Positions 47,459-59,988 of a stretch of 64,000 bases of DNA are shown here, in pieces. Origin of the DNA: Candidatus Eiseniibacteriota bacterium (GTDB lineage: Bacteria > Eisenbacteria > RBG-16-71-46); the NCBI GenBank assembly GCA_963717935.1, contig CAVQXP010000001.1:1-64000 (forward strand), given 5' to 3'. Both the position numbers and the translations under genes were made by a program. The stretch's first letter is position 1, and every line of letters begins with the position of its first letter. Under the pieces are notes generated by a model. It searched no databases, was not told where the DNA came from, and saw only the letters and a program-made list of their open reading frames with translations.

Positions 47459-49438
47459 ATGTCCGAAGACCAGCGCGAGTCCCTGCGCGAGTTGATGCGC
47501 CGGGTGGACGAGGTTCGTGGCCTCTCGGGGCACCCCGAGAGCCGGCTCGCCCTTGATCCCGGCGACGCCGACGCCCTGCGGGCGACCCTCGGCGAACTCG
47601 TCGAGGAGCTCGAGCTCAGCCAGCGCCGCCTGATCGAGACCAACGTGCAGCTCGTCTCGCTGCGCGAGGTCGCGAGCAGCGTGGTGAACACGGTGGACGC
47701 GGGGGAGACCACGCGCACCGTGACCCGCTACCTCGCCCGCGCCTTCGGCTTCGAAGAGGTCTTCCTGCTGCTCCTCGATCGCGAGAAAGAGCGGCTCGAA
47801 GGCACCTGGATGCACGGCGGCCACGACCACGGCGTGGCCCTCGAGTTGCCCGTGCTGGGGGAGCAGGGCGCCATCGTCCGCGCGCTGTGGCTCAACCGCA
47901 CGGTCGCGCTCCACGCCGCGCAGCGCCATCCCGCGGCCCTGCTGCCCGACGGGCACCCGCTGCAGGAGATCCTCGCGGACCTCGGGGCCGTGGTGAGCAT
48001 ACCCCTGCAGCGCACCCACACGCTTCTGCCGGCAGTCGACACGCACGAACTGTGCGGTGCGCGCTGCATCCTCGGCGATGCCTCGGTGCTGGCCCCGCCC
48101 CCCGGCCCCGCGGCCGCGACCTGGGCCACCGACCGGGAGCAGCGTCAGCGCCACTGCCTGCACTGTGAGTTCATGCCACTGCTGGGCGTCCTCGGTGTGG
48201 CACGCGCCGGCCACGGGCGACGCGACGGGGCCCCGCGCCCGTTCGCCGTCTCCGAGATCACCATGCTCGAGTCCATCGCGCTCTCCATCGCGCCGATGGT
48301 CGAGAACGCCAGCCTCACCCAGGAGCTGCGCCGCAGCGAGCGCTTCCGCGAGCACGTGCTGGACAGCATGGCCGGCGCGCTGGTCGCTGTGGATCTGCGC
48401 GGCGCCGTGCTCACCTTCAACCGCGCGGCCGCGGACCTGCTCGGCTTCCGCGAGGACGAGGTGCTCGGCCACCCCTTCGGCGAGCTGGTGGGAGTGGACG
48501 GCGAAGCGGCCCTCCACGCCACGCTCGAGCACGGCCACGAGGCGGTCCGCGAGGAGGTCCTGCTGCGCGCGCGCGAGGGCTCGCCCGTGCCGGTGAGCCT
48601 CACGACCTCCCTGCTGCGCGATGAGAAGCGCGCCGTGTACGGCGCCATCGCGACCTTCGTGGACCTGACGCCGCTCAAGCGCGCCGAGGAGCACGCCCGC
48701 CAGCTCGACCGGCTGGCCGCGCTCGGGCGCTTCACGTCGAGCGTCGCGCACGAGATCCGCAACCCGCTCACCGGGATCGCGGCGGGCGTGCAGTACCTGT
48801 CGCGGGGGATCCCGCCCGCGGACCCGCAGCGCGAGAATCTCGAGTTCATCCTGAACGAGATCCGACGCCTCGACCGCATCGTGCAGGATCTCTTCGACAT
48901 CACGCATCCGCGGCGCCTCCAGTTGCTGGTGCGCCCCATCGAGGAGACGGTGCAGCGCGCCGTACAGTGCCTCGAGGCGCTCTCCGGCGCCCGCGGCGTC
49001 ACCGTGACCCTCGAGCTGCCGCCGCGCACGCCGCCGGTGCCGCACGATCCCGACCAGCTCGAGCAGGTGCTCATCAACCTCCTCAAGAACGCGGTCGAGG
49101 CTTCGGCGGCGGGCACCACGGTCCGCGTGCGGATCTCGTCCCTGCCGGCCCCCGCCGCACGGCGCGGACGCGCCACCACCCGCCCCGGTCCCGCTCCGGG
49201 CCCGCCGGGCGTGCAGATCCAGGTGGAGGACGAAGGCTGCGGCATCGCCCCCGAGGCGCAGCAGACCCTGTTCGAGCCGTTCTTCACCACCAAGCCGGGT
49301 GGGACCGGGCTCGGACTCTACATCAGCCACGACATCGTCAAACGCCACGGCGGACGCCTGGCGGTCAGCAGCGACCCGGGGCGGGGCACCACCTTCGCGG
49401 TGGAACTGCCCCTGGAGAACCACGGAGGGACCCCATGA
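47459..49438 (+). CDS. GAF-PAS sensor histidine kinase
   Basis: VAHEIRNPL H-box, QVLINLLKNA, DEGCGI, FEPFFTTK..GTGLGL; PAS (FNRAAADLLG). Confidence 0.93.
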   Translation: MSEDQRESLRELMRRVDEVRGLSGHPESRLALDPGDADALRATLGELVEELELSQRRLIETNVQLVSLREVASSVVNTVDAGETTRTVTRYLARAFGFEEVFLLLLDREKERLEGTWMHGGHDHGVALELPVLGEQGAIVRALWLNRTVALHAAQRHPAALLPDGHPLQEILADLGAVVSIPLQRTHTLLPAVDTHELCGARCILGDASVLAPPPGPAAATWATDREQRQRHCLHCEFMPLLGVLGVARAGHGRRDGAPRPFAVSEITMLESIALSIAPMVENASLTQELRRSERFREHVLDSMAGALVAVDLRGAVLTFNRAAADLLGFREDEVLGHPFGELVGVDGEAALHATLEHGHEAVREEVLLRAREGSPVPVSLTTSLLRDEKRAVYGAIATFVDLTPLKRAEEHARQLDRLAALGRFTSSVAHEIRNPLTGIAAGVQYLSRGIPPADPQRENLEFILNEIRRLDRIVQDLFDITHPRRLQLLVRPIEETVQRAVQCLEALSGARGVTVTLELPPRTPPVPHDPDQLEQVLINLLKNAVEASAAGTTVRVRISSLPAPAARRGRATTRPGPAPGPPGVQIQVEDEGCGIAPEAQQTLFEPFFTTKPGGTGLGLYISHDIVKRHGGRLAVSSDPGRGTTFAVELPLENHGGTP

Positions 49439-50862
49439 GCAAGGCCAACATCCTCGTGGTGGACGACCAGGAGTCGATCCGCCACTTCGTCAGCAAGGCG
49501 CTCGGCGACGAGGGCTACACGGTGCAGACCACCGGCTCGCTGCGCGAGGCCCGCCAGGTGCTCGAACACGACGCGCCGGACCTCGGCATCTTCGATCTCA
49601 AGCTCCCGGACGGGACCGGCATCGACCTGCTGCGCGAGGTCAAGCGGGCGCACCCGGAGATCCCGATCATCCTGATGACCGCCTTCGGCGAGATCGAAAC
49701 CGCGGTCGAGGCCATGAGTGCGGGGGCCTACTGGTTCGTGAAGAAGCCCTTCCAGAACGAGGAGCTGCTGGCGCTGGTGGGCCGCGCGCTGGAGTCGCAG
49801 AAGCTGTGGCTCGAGCTGCGGCGCCTGCGCAATGCCGCCTTCACGGACGAGGACTACCTGCACTCCTCGAGCCCGCGCATGCAGGAGTGCTACGCCATCG
49901 CCGAGCAGGTCGCGCGCGGTGACACCACCAGCGTGCTGATCGAGGGCGAGAGCGGCACCGGCAAGGAGTACTTCGCCAATCTCATCCACCGCATGAGCGG
50001 CCGCCACGACAAGCCCTTCGTCGAGATCAACTGCGCGGCCATCCCCAGCGAGCTGCTCGAGAGCGAGCTGTTCGGGCACGAGAAGGGCGCCTTCACCGAC
50101 GCCCGCTCCCAGAAACAGGGGCTGCTCGAGCTGGCGAACAACGGCACGCTCTTCCTGGACGAGATCGGGGAGATGAGCGCCATGCTCCAGGTGAAACTGC
50201 TGCGCGTCCTCGAGCGGCGCATCTTCAAGCGGGTCGGCGGGATGAAGGACATCTCGGTCAACGTGCGCGTCATCTCGGCCACGAACCAGGACCTCGACCG
50301 CTCGGTGCAGGACGGCAGGTTCCGCGAGGACCTCTACTACCGGCTCAAGGTCGTGCCCCTCTTCGTGCCGCCCCTGCGCGAACGCAAGGAGGACATCCTG
50401 CCGCTCTCGCGCCTGTTCATGGACCGCTTCGCGCGTCAGTTCAAGAAGCCCTTCCACGAGATCGGGGCCCCGGCCGAGCGTCTCCTGCTGGACTACCCCT
50501 GGCCAGGGAACATCCGCGAGCTCAAGAACCTCTTCGAGCGCACCGTCCTGCTGGAGACCGGCGAGCGGCTCGAGCCGCACCACCTCAAACTCAGCGCGCG
50601 CTCTCACGCGGACGCCGAGCTCACCGTCGGACAGAAGCTGGACGAGTTCCTCAACGGCTCGATGATGCCGGGGAGCATCCCCTTCGAGGCCCTGATCGAG
50701 CAGGCGGAGCGCGCCTTGATTCTGCGTGCCTCGTGTGCTACGAACTGGAACCAGTCGAAGACGGCGGAGCTTCTCCAGCTCAAGCGTGACAAACTGCGCT
50801 ATCGCATGAAGCTCTACCAGATCAACGGTCGGAAGGAAGGAGCCCTGGCTCCAGCGGAGTAG
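49435..50862 (+). CDS. Sigma54-dependent NtrC-family response regulator
   Basis: Receiver VVDD/D/KPF; GESGTGKE, ELFGHEKGAFTDA, FLDEIG, WPGNIRELKN; Fis HTH. Confidence 0.95.
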   Translation: MSKANILVVDDQESIRHFVSKALGDEGYTVQTTGSLREARQVLEHDAPDLGIFDLKLPDGTGIDLLREVKRAHPEIPIILMTAFGEIETAVEAMSAGAYWFVKKPFQNEELLALVGRALESQKLWLELRRLRNAAFTDEDYLHSSSPRMQECYAIAEQVARGDTTSVLIEGESGTGKEYFANLIHRMSGRHDKPFVEINCAAIPSELLESELFGHEKGAFTDARSQKQGLLELANNGTLFLDEIGEMSAMLQVKLLRVLERRIFKRVGGMKDISVNVRVISATNQDLDRSVQDGRFREDLYYRLKVVPLFVPPLRERKEDILPLSRLFMDRFARQFKKPFHEIGAPAERLLLDYPWPGNIRELKNLFERTVLLETGERLEPHHLKLSARSHADAELTVGQKLDEFLNGSMMPGSIPFEALIEQAERALILRASCATNWNQSKTAELLQLKRDKLRYRMKLYQINGRKEGALAPAE

Positions 50863-51393
50863 ACCTCCACGTCGGTTTCCCTGCGTTCCCGGGCGGGCCT
50901 GCTCGCCCTGGCAGCCTCGCTGCTCGGCGCTGGCTCGTGTGGCTACACCACGAGCCCGGCCTTGCTGCCCGCGCACCTGAAGACCGTGGCCATACCGGTC
51001 TTCGAGAACTCCACGACGGAGTACACGCTCGAGCAGGACGTCACGAACGCGGTCATCGAGCGCTTCGTGAAGGACAACCACCTGCGGGTGGTGGACGAGC
51101 GCTCGGCGAACGCCGTCATCCGCGGCAAGCTCACCGGCTACAAGAACGCGGTCTTCGGCTTCTCCGCCGCCAACCGGGCGCAGGAGTACCGCGTCACGCT
51201 CACCTGCTCCGTGGTGTTCAAGGACCTCGTGAAGAACCGCGAGATCTGGAACGAGTCCGACCTGGTCAAGACGGCCAACTATTTCGTGGTGGACGTGCCG
51301 GGGCAGCCGGCGCGCACGGAGCTCGATGGACGCAAGGAAGCCATCACCAAGATCGCCGACGAGATCCTCACCCGCTCGGTCGAAGGCTGGTAG
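50863..51393 (+). CDS. lptE: LptE family lipoprotein (start codon unresolved)
   Basis: Lipobox GS-CGY, 'LPAHLKTVAIPVFENST', C-terminal W; next to holA and leuS. No canonical start in frame; removing A50861 creates a GTGA overlap. Confidence 0.75.
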   Translation, partial: TSTSVSLRSRAGLLALAASLLGAGSCGYTTSPALLPAHLKTVAIPVFENSTTEYTLEQDVTNAVIERFVKDNHLRVVDERSANAVIRGKLTGYKNAVFGFSAANRAQEYRVTLTCSVVFKDLVKNREIWNESDLVKTANYFVVDVPGQPARTELDGRKEAITKIADEILTRSVEGW

Positions 51394-51439
51394 CCCGCCC
51401 GCAGCCGGGGCGGAGCGCCCCGGCCCCGTCCGGCCCGCC

Positions 51440-52457
51440 GTGCCCGCGCTGAAGCGCTCCGCCGCGGTCCGCGGGAGCGCTCCACCGTCGGCGCGCCGTG
51501 CGCCCGCGGATGGGCTCGAGCTGATCGAGCGCTTCCGCCGCGGCGACTTCCCGGCCATGCTCTACCTCGAGGGGCCGAGCGAGTCCCTGAAGGCCGCGCT
51601 GCTCGCCGAGTTGCGCCGCGCCTGGGCCCGGGCCTGCCCCGAAGCCCCCCTGGCGCGCGTCTTCCGCGCGGCCGAGGCCGGCATCGAGGAGATCCTCGCC
51701 GCCTTCCAGGGGGCCTCGCTCTTCAGCCCGCGCGACCTCATCCTGGTGCTCGAGGTCGAGGACCTGGGCCGCAGCGAGAAGCGCGTGGCGGCCCTGGCCG
51801 CCGGGCTCGCGACTCCGGGCGGCGGCTCGTGCCTGGTGCTTCACGAGTCCGAGGCCGACGCGCCCCGCAAGTCGCTCGAGCCGCTGCGCGCCGCCTCGTC
51901 GCTGCGCTGGGTCGCCGAGGTGCCCGCGCGGCCGGAGTTGCTGCGCTGGGGCCATTGCCGGCTGGCCGACGACGATCTCGACCTCGAGCCGGGCGTGGTC
52001 GAGGCCGTGGCCGACGCCTGCGAGGGCGACCCGCTCACGTTCTTCAACGAACTCGAGAAGCTCGACGTGATCGCCCCGCTCGTGGACGGCCGCCGCCGCA
52101 TCACGCGCCAGGCCGCGGACACGATGCTCAAGCCCGTGCTCGGCGCGGACCTGCCCGAATACCTCTCCGCCGTGGCGCTGGGGCGTTCGCGAGTTCGCCG
52201 GCCGGGCGCTCGCACGCCTGCTCACGGCCGGCGTGGGGGAGGGCACCGTGCTCTTCGCCCTGTCGAACCTGGTGGGTGGCGCACTGGGGGGCTGGGCGCG
52301 GAACAAGGAGCTGAGCGCGGCGCTCGCACGCCGTCGCACGCCACGCGAGCTGGCTCGCTCGCTCGACGCCATCTATCGCGCCGAGGCCGCCTGGAAGGGC
52401 GGCCGCGCCGACGTGGTCGCGGTGCTCGAGCAGGCCACCCGGGCGGTGTGCGGGTAG
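51440..52457 (+). CDS. holA: DNA polymerase III delta subunit-like (divergent); frameshift near 52200
   Basis: 'LYLEG', 'SLFSPR.L', '[13 protein letters not shown]', C-terminal 'AEAAWKGG'; lptE-holA-leuS linkage; start uncertain. Confidence 0.65.
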
Positions 52458-52644
52458 GAGTGGTCAGGCGGCACGGCGGGAAGCTCGCAGCGAGGGTCCG
52501 GGCCCCGGCCGGCGCAGGATGCGACGGCCGGGGAATTGCCCGGGAGCGAGCACGGCCAGGATGGCCGCGCGCAGCGTCCTCGCGCAGGGCTTCCCGCCGT
52601 GCCGCCTGACCACTCGCGCGCTTGCGGGCGCCCCGCGGTCCGGC

Positions 52645-52673
52645 GTGACTCCGCCCGCCCCATGCCGTAATCT
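52645..52673 (+). promoter_or_regulatory. Possible sigma70 promoter for leuS
   Basis: GTGACT-N17-TAATCT. Confidence 0.35.
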
Positions 52674-52719
52674 TCGCCGTCCCGAGTCGCACCGAACCCC
52701 TCACCCCTTCCAAGAGGCC

Positions 52720-55186
<2,467 letters not shown>

Positions 55187-55208
55187 GCGCGCCCTCTTCG
55201 CCTCTGAC

Positions 55209-55244
55209 GCTGAAGCCCGCGGGGGAGACCCTGCGGGCTTCAGC
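55209..55244. terminator. Strong hairpin after leuS (terminator or REP-like)
   Basis: GCTGAAGCCCGCGGGG-GAGA-CCCTGCGGGCTTCAGC, 16-bp stem with GNRA loop. Confidence 0.6.
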
Positions 55245-55300
55245 CCGTCGGGGGCCGGCGGCGGCGGGCGGTTTCGCGGTGGCGACGGGCCAGGGCTGTA

Positions 55301-55328
55301 GGTTGACATAATAGGTCTTATGCGCCAT
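55301..55328 (-). other. dif-like XerC/XerD recombination site
   Basis: - strand ATGGCGCATAA-GACCTA-TTATGTCAACC versus E. coli dif GGTGCGCATAA-TGTATA-TTATGTTAAAT; intergenic, AT-rich, at the gene-orientation switch. Confidence 0.85.
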
Positions 55329-55450
55329 ACGGCCCATTTGCCCCTCCGGCCCCGATCCACCCGGCCGGAGGCCTGCTCCGGGCCCCTCCACACCCCGACT
55401 CCCGCCGCCCGCAGTCGGCACCTCGGCAGCGAGCGGCGCCGCTCTTGCCC

Positions 55451-56131
55451 CTAGTCCCGGAACCGGTACTTCAACAGCGTCCACAGCGCCGACACGCCGT
55501 CCGTCCAGCGGATCTTCTTGCCCTCCGCCGCACTCCGTCCCGCGTAACGGATCGGCACCTCGTGGATGCGCACGCCCCGTTTGCGGACCCTGGCCGTGAC
55601 CTCGGGGCAGAACTCGAAGCGGTTGCACCGGAGCGGCAGGCTGCGGATGAGATCCGTGCGGAACGCCTTGTAGCACGTGGCCTCGTCGGTGATCCGGGCC
55701 GTGTAGAGCAGATTCGCCGCCCAGGTCAGCAGGTAGTTCGCGAGCCGGTTCGCCGGTTGCATGCCCGTGATGGTCCCGCGGAAGCGCGAGCCGTACACCG
55801 CCTGCGCCTCGCCCCGGACGATGGGTCCGATCAGCTCGTGGAACTGCTCGGGATCGTACTCGAGGTCGGCATCCTGGATGATGACGATGTCACCGGTCAC
55901 GAGCTCGAGCCCGCTCCGGATGGCGGCGCCCTTGCCCTCGTTGACGGGCTTGTAGAAGGTCACGAGCGGGTGCAGCTTCTTCTGCTCCTCGAGGAGCTCG
56001 CGGGTCCGATCCGTGGAGGCGTCGTCCACCACGATGATCTCCTTCTCGATGTCCACGTGCCGGACCGCATCCAGGACCTGCACGATGTGCCGGGCCTCGT
56101 TGAAGCAGGGGATGATGATGGAGAGCTTCAA
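55451..56131 (-). CDS. GT2 glycosyltransferase (DPM1/ArnC-like)
   Basis: TTG start LKLSIIIPCFNE, VVDDASTD, NEGKGAAIRSG, QDADLEYDP, EGKKI. Confidence 0.92.
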   Translation of the reverse strand: MKLSIIIPCFNEARHIVQVLDAVRHVDIEKEIIVVDDASTDRTRELLEEQKKLHPLVTFYKPVNEGKGAAIRSGLELVTGDIVIIQDADLEYDPEQFHELIGPIVRGEAQAVYGSRFRGTITGMQPANRLANYLLTWAANLLYTARITDEATCYKAFRTDLIRSLPLRCNRFEFCPEVTARVRKRGVRIHEVPIRYAGRSAAEGKKIRWTDGVSALWTLLKYRFRD

Positions 56132-56399
56132 ATGAGCCTCAGGGATGGCATCCGTGGACTGCTGCGCTCGATTCGTCCAGGCGGGCACGGGAGTCGTCCG
56201 TCGGCCCGAGATTACCCTCCACCCGCCGGGGCCGCAACGCGCGCTCCCCCTGGCGGACTCCGCCCCCCGGCTGCGGTTCACCTGCGGCGCCCACCCCCGC
56301 GCCTGGATCCCCCCCGCCCGGGTCGCGCGGGCTGCGCGCGACCGCGATGCGTGGTAATGCTCTCCTGCGACCCCAACCACCGCAGGAGGTGACTGACCG

Positions 56400-57758
56400 A
56401 TGAGAGCCGTCGACCCCGCGACCGGGAAGCTCATCCGCGACTATCCGGAGCACACCGGGAACGAGGTCACCGCCCGGCTCGAGCGCGCGGGCGCGGCCTT
56501 CCACGCGTGGAGCCTGCGCCCCGCGGGCGAACGGGCCGCCTTGCTGCGTTCCCTGGCGGGCGTCCTGCGCGCCGGCCTTCCCTCCCACGCCGCGCTCATG
56601 ACCCTCGAGATGGGCAAGCCCATCGCCCAGGCCGAGGCCGAGGTCGAGAAGTGCGCGATGACCTGCGACTGGTTCGCCGACCACGCTCCGGCCCTGCTCG
56701 AGCCCGAACCCGCGGCCACCGAGGCGGCCGCGAGCTACGTGCGCTTCGACCCGCTGGGCGTGGTGCTCGCGGTCATGCCGTGGAACTTCCCCTTCTGGCA
56801 GGTGATCCGCTGCGCCGCGCCCGCGCTGGCCGCGGGGGACACGGTCGTGCTCAAGCACGCCTCGAACGTCCCGGGCTGCGCACTCACCCTCGAGAGCGCC
56901 TTCCGCGCCGCGGGCTTCCCGGAGGGCGCGTTCACCACGCTGCTGGTCCCGTCGCGTGCGGTCGGCGAGATCATCGCGCACCCGGCGGTGCGCGCGATCT
57001 CGCTCACCGGCAGCGAGTCCGCGGGGCGGCAGGTGGCCGCCCTCGCGGGCGCTTCGCTCAAGAAGACGGTGCTCGAGCTGGGCGGCTCGGACGCCTTCGT
57101 CGTGCTGGCGGACACCGACGTCGTCCACGCAGCGGCGCAGGCGGCGCTCGCCCGCACCCTCAACAACGGGCAGAGCTGCATCGCCGCCAAGCGCTTCATC
57201 GTCGAGGAACCGGTCGCCGCGCGCTTCGAGGACGCCCTGGTCGAGCACCTGGCGGCACTGCGGGTGGGCGACCCGCGGGACCGCGCGACCCAGCTGGGCC
57301 CGCTCGCGCGCCCGGACCTGGTGGACGAGCTGGAGGACCAGGTACGGCGCACCGTGGCCGCGGGCGCCACACTGCGCCTGGGCGGCACGCGGCGGAAGGG
57401 CCCCGGCTGCTTCTTCCCTCCCGCCGTCCTCACCGGCGTCCAGCCGGGCATGGCGGCCTTCGACGAGGAGACCTTCGGTCCGGTCGCGCCCGTGACGCGC
57501 GCGCGCGACGCGGAGCACGCGCTCGAGCTGGCGAACCGTTCGCGCTACGGACTCGGGGCGAGCGTCTGGAGCGCCGACCTCGAGCGCGGCCGCGCGCTGG
57601 CGGCACGGCTCGAGGCAGGCGCCGTGTTCATCAACGAGACGGTCAAGTCCGACCCCCGGCTGCCCTTTGGCGGCGTCAAGTGTTCGGGCTACGGCCGCGA
57701 GCTCGCGGCCTTCGGCCTGCGGGAGTTCGTGAACGTCAGGACGGTCTGGGTGAGATGA
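56400..57758 (+). CDS. NAD(P)-dependent succinate-semialdehyde dehydrogenase family aldehyde dehydrogenase
   Basis: MPWNFP, LKHASN, TGS, LELGGSD, NNGQSC, EETFGP, FGGVKCSGYGRE. Confidence 0.92.
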   Translation: MRAVDPATGKLIRDYPEHTGNEVTARLERAGAAFHAWSLRPAGERAALLRSLAGVLRAGLPSHAALMTLEMGKPIAQAEAEVEKCAMTCDWFADHAPALLEPEPAATEAAASYVRFDPLGVVLAVMPWNFPFWQVIRCAAPALAAGDTVVLKHASNVPGCALTLESAFRAAGFPEGAFTTLLVPSRAVGEIIAHPAVRAISLTGSESAGRQVAALAGASLKKTVLELGGSDAFVVLADTDVVHAAAQAALARTLNNGQSCIAAKRFIVEEPVAARFEDALVEHLAALRVGDPRDRATQLGPLARPDLVDELEDQVRRTVAAGATLRLGGTRRKGPGCFFPPAVLTGVQPGMAAFDEETFGPVAPVTRARDAEHALELANRSRYGLGASVWSADLERGRALAARLEAGAVFINETVKSDPRLPFGGVKCSGYGRELAAFGLREFVNVRTVWVR

Positions 57759-57819
57759 GACCGCACGCCCCCGGGCCGGGCAGCCAGGGGGCGTACGGGA
57801 CCGCGGCTGGGGGAGCCTC

Positions 57820-59961
57820 TCACGCGCTCCACATGTACGCCCCGTACGAGGCATCGGGCACGGAGAAGCGCACCAGGTCCGCGGCGGGCAGGCTCTCGAC
57901 GGGCACGCCGCCCTGCATGAGCTGCACCAGCAGGTCCACGTTGTCCCCCGCCTTCAAGCCCAGGCTGGCGAAGGACAGCCCCAGCTCGAGCACGGTCCCG
58001 ATGTGGCATTCGCCGCCCGGCACGGGCGTGGCCGCGGCGTCCTCCGAGCGGCGCACGACCGGCCGCGCGCCCGTCTCGAGTCCCTGGACCGTGACGCGGA
58101 TGGGGTGCGGCGCGAGGAAGTCGAGCAGCAGGTCGTACTCCGCGCCCGGGGGCGCGTTCGCGAGGAAGTCGAGCCGCACGTAGAAGCGGGCGTCGTCGTA
58201 ACCGAAATACAGGTCGCGCCCGACCCCCGCATCGCGGTGCATCGAGCCGCCACCCGCACCCAGGACGTGACGCCCGGCCGCGTACCACTCGTAGAAATGG
58301 GTCGGCCGGCCGTCGATCGTCGGGTGCACGAAGCCCAGCGGCTGCGTGGCCAGGTCGGGGCGGTGGGTGAAACGCGCCACCGCGACCTGCAGCCAGCTCG
58401 GCGCGGGCAGCCCCGCGCGCTCGTAGACGGCCTGCAGGTGCTCGCGGAAGATGCGGTCGAAGAGCCCCTTGTCCTCGGTGTAATGGTCGTCGCCGAACCA
58501 CCAGAACCAGTCCGAGCCTTCGGCTGCGTAGAGCGATTCCCACGCGGCCGGGCAGTTCTCGGGCGTCTTGCGCGCCTCGACCAGCGCGCGGCGCGCCCGT
58601 GCCAGCAGTTCCCAGGCCCGGTTCTTCTCCGGATGCCCGATCCAGATGTGGAAGTCGGCATCGATCCAGGAGCCGGAGTGGAGGTCGTGCAGCTCGGCCG
58701 AGGGCGGCGTCTTCGCCAGGACCTCGGAAGGCGTCACGGTGCGGATATCGGGCGCCGCCTCGAGCGCGGCATACAGCGCCTCCAGGAACGGTCCACCGTC
58801 GGCCGGGTAGTTCTCCCAGCAGTTCTCGCCATCGAGGATCACCGAGACCAGCGGGCGCCGCCCCGGGATGGCCTGCTCGCGGGCGATGCGGCGCACCCGC
58901 CCGATGAAGTCGGCGACCGCTTCCAGGGTCTCCCAGTGGTAGTAGACGAATCCGATGCGGTCCGAGAGCTCGCGGTCGCGGAAGAAGAAGTCGACCGCCC
59001 CGGCTGCCGTGCGGTAGCGCCACGGCTGGTAGAGCACGGGGTGGTGACGCTCACCCGCCGGCAGCGACTGCCACAGCACGCCCTCGTCGGTGGCGAGCCA
59101 GCGCACCCCCGCGCGCGCCGCCAGCTCCACGGCCTCGGGGCTCACGCCGCCCTCCGGCGGCCACATCCCCGCCGGGCGTGCGCCGAAGGCGAGCGCGTGC
59201 CGGTCGGAGGCGCGCTCGATCTGGCGTTCGGCGTCCTCGGGCACGGCGAACAGCTCGCTCGGCAGCGCGATCTCGGGGCGCGCGCGCCGCGCGACGCGCG
59301 TGTCCACCAGCAGCGGCAGGATCGGATGGTAATAGGCCGACTCGGACAGTTCGACCTGGCCGCGCTCGGCCAGCGCCCGGTAGGCCGGGATCACCCGGGC
59401 GACGATGCGACCGTAGAGCGCCAGCAGGCCGTCGCGGTGCTCCTCGAGGAAATCACCTCCGGTGGCCATGGCCGCGGCTGCCTCGGGCTCCCCGAGCAGC
59501 ACCGGGTCGAGCCAGGCGAGCAGGAACCAGCACTCGATGGCCAGGATCTCCGCGACCGTGGGCTCGTTGACGCCGGAGCCGCGCGCGCGGGCGACCCGCA
59601 GGCCGAGCGCCCGGTAGCGAGGCCAGCGCTCCAGCGCGTGCCGCGGGGCGGCCACGCAGCGTGACAGCACCGCGGCGCGCTCGCCATCGGTCAGGCTCTC
59701 GACGGGTCTCGCGAGCAGGTCGAACAGGGTCTCGTGGCCACCGGCCGCCGCCTCGTCGAGCTGATCCAGCAGCGCGGGAACGAAGTTGAACGTGGCATGC
59801 ACACCCGGGTGGCCCTCGAGGTGCAGAGCCATGTCCAGATAGTCCTTGGCGGCGTGCAGGCGCACCCACGGCAACAGGGCGCGACCCTCGCGGGGGCTGC
59901 GATAGTCCGGCTGGTGGTGATGCCAGAGGAAGAGCAGATCGACCGGGGACTGATCGCTCAA
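57820..59961 (-). CDS. Glycoside hydrolase family 57 (amylopullulanase-like)
   Basis: LWHHHQP, WVRLHAAKDY, YYHPILP, GMWPPEG, LDGENCWE, AEGSDWFWW. Confidence 0.92.
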   Translation of the reverse strand: MSDQSPVDLLFLWHHHQPDYRSPREGRALLPWVRLHAAKDYLDMALHLEGHPGVHATFNFVPALLDQLDEAAAGGHETLFDLLARPVESLTDGERAAVLSRCVAAPRHALERWPRYRALGLRVARARGSGVNEPTVAEILAIECWFLLAWLDPVLLGEPEAAAAMATGGDFLEEHRDGLLALYGRIVARVIPAYRALAERGQVELSESAYYHPILPLLVDTRVARRARPEIALPSELFAVPEDAERQIERASDRHALAFGARPAGMWPPEGGVSPEAVELAARAGVRWLATDEGVLWQSLPAGERHHPVLYQPWRYRTAAGAVDFFFRDRELSDRIGFVYYHWETLEAVADFIGRVRRIAREQAIPGRRPLVSVILDGENCWENYPADGGPFLEALYAALEAAPDIRTVTPSEVLAKTPPSAELHDLHSGSWIDADFHIWIGHPEKNRAWELLARARRALVEARKTPENCPAAWESLYAAEGSDWFWWFGDDHYTEDKGLFDRIFREHLQAVYERAGLPAPSWLQVAVARFTHRPDLATQPLGFVHPTIDGRPTHFYEWYAAGRHVLGAGGGSMHRDAGVGRDLYFGYDDARFYVRLDFLANAPPGAEYDLLLDFLAPHPIRVTVQGLETGARPVVRRSEDAAATPVPGGECHIGTVLELGLSFASLGLKAGDNVDLLVQLMQGGVPVESLPAADLVRFSVPDASYGAYMWSA

Positions 59962-59988
59962 GGCGTCCTTCTCGAACGGCCGGCCGCG

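Noticed and set aside
50860..50862. TAG read-through (pyrrolysine or recoding) joining the NtrC regulator to LptE in one frame
   Set aside because: LptE needs its own N-terminal signal peptide; one inserted A explains it (GAGTGACC gives a GTGA overlap); other TAG stops behave normally
52458..52719. T-box leader upstream of leuS (also checked before thrS and pheS)
   Set aside because: No T-box consensus (AGGGTGGNACCGCG-like) or terminator/antiterminator found
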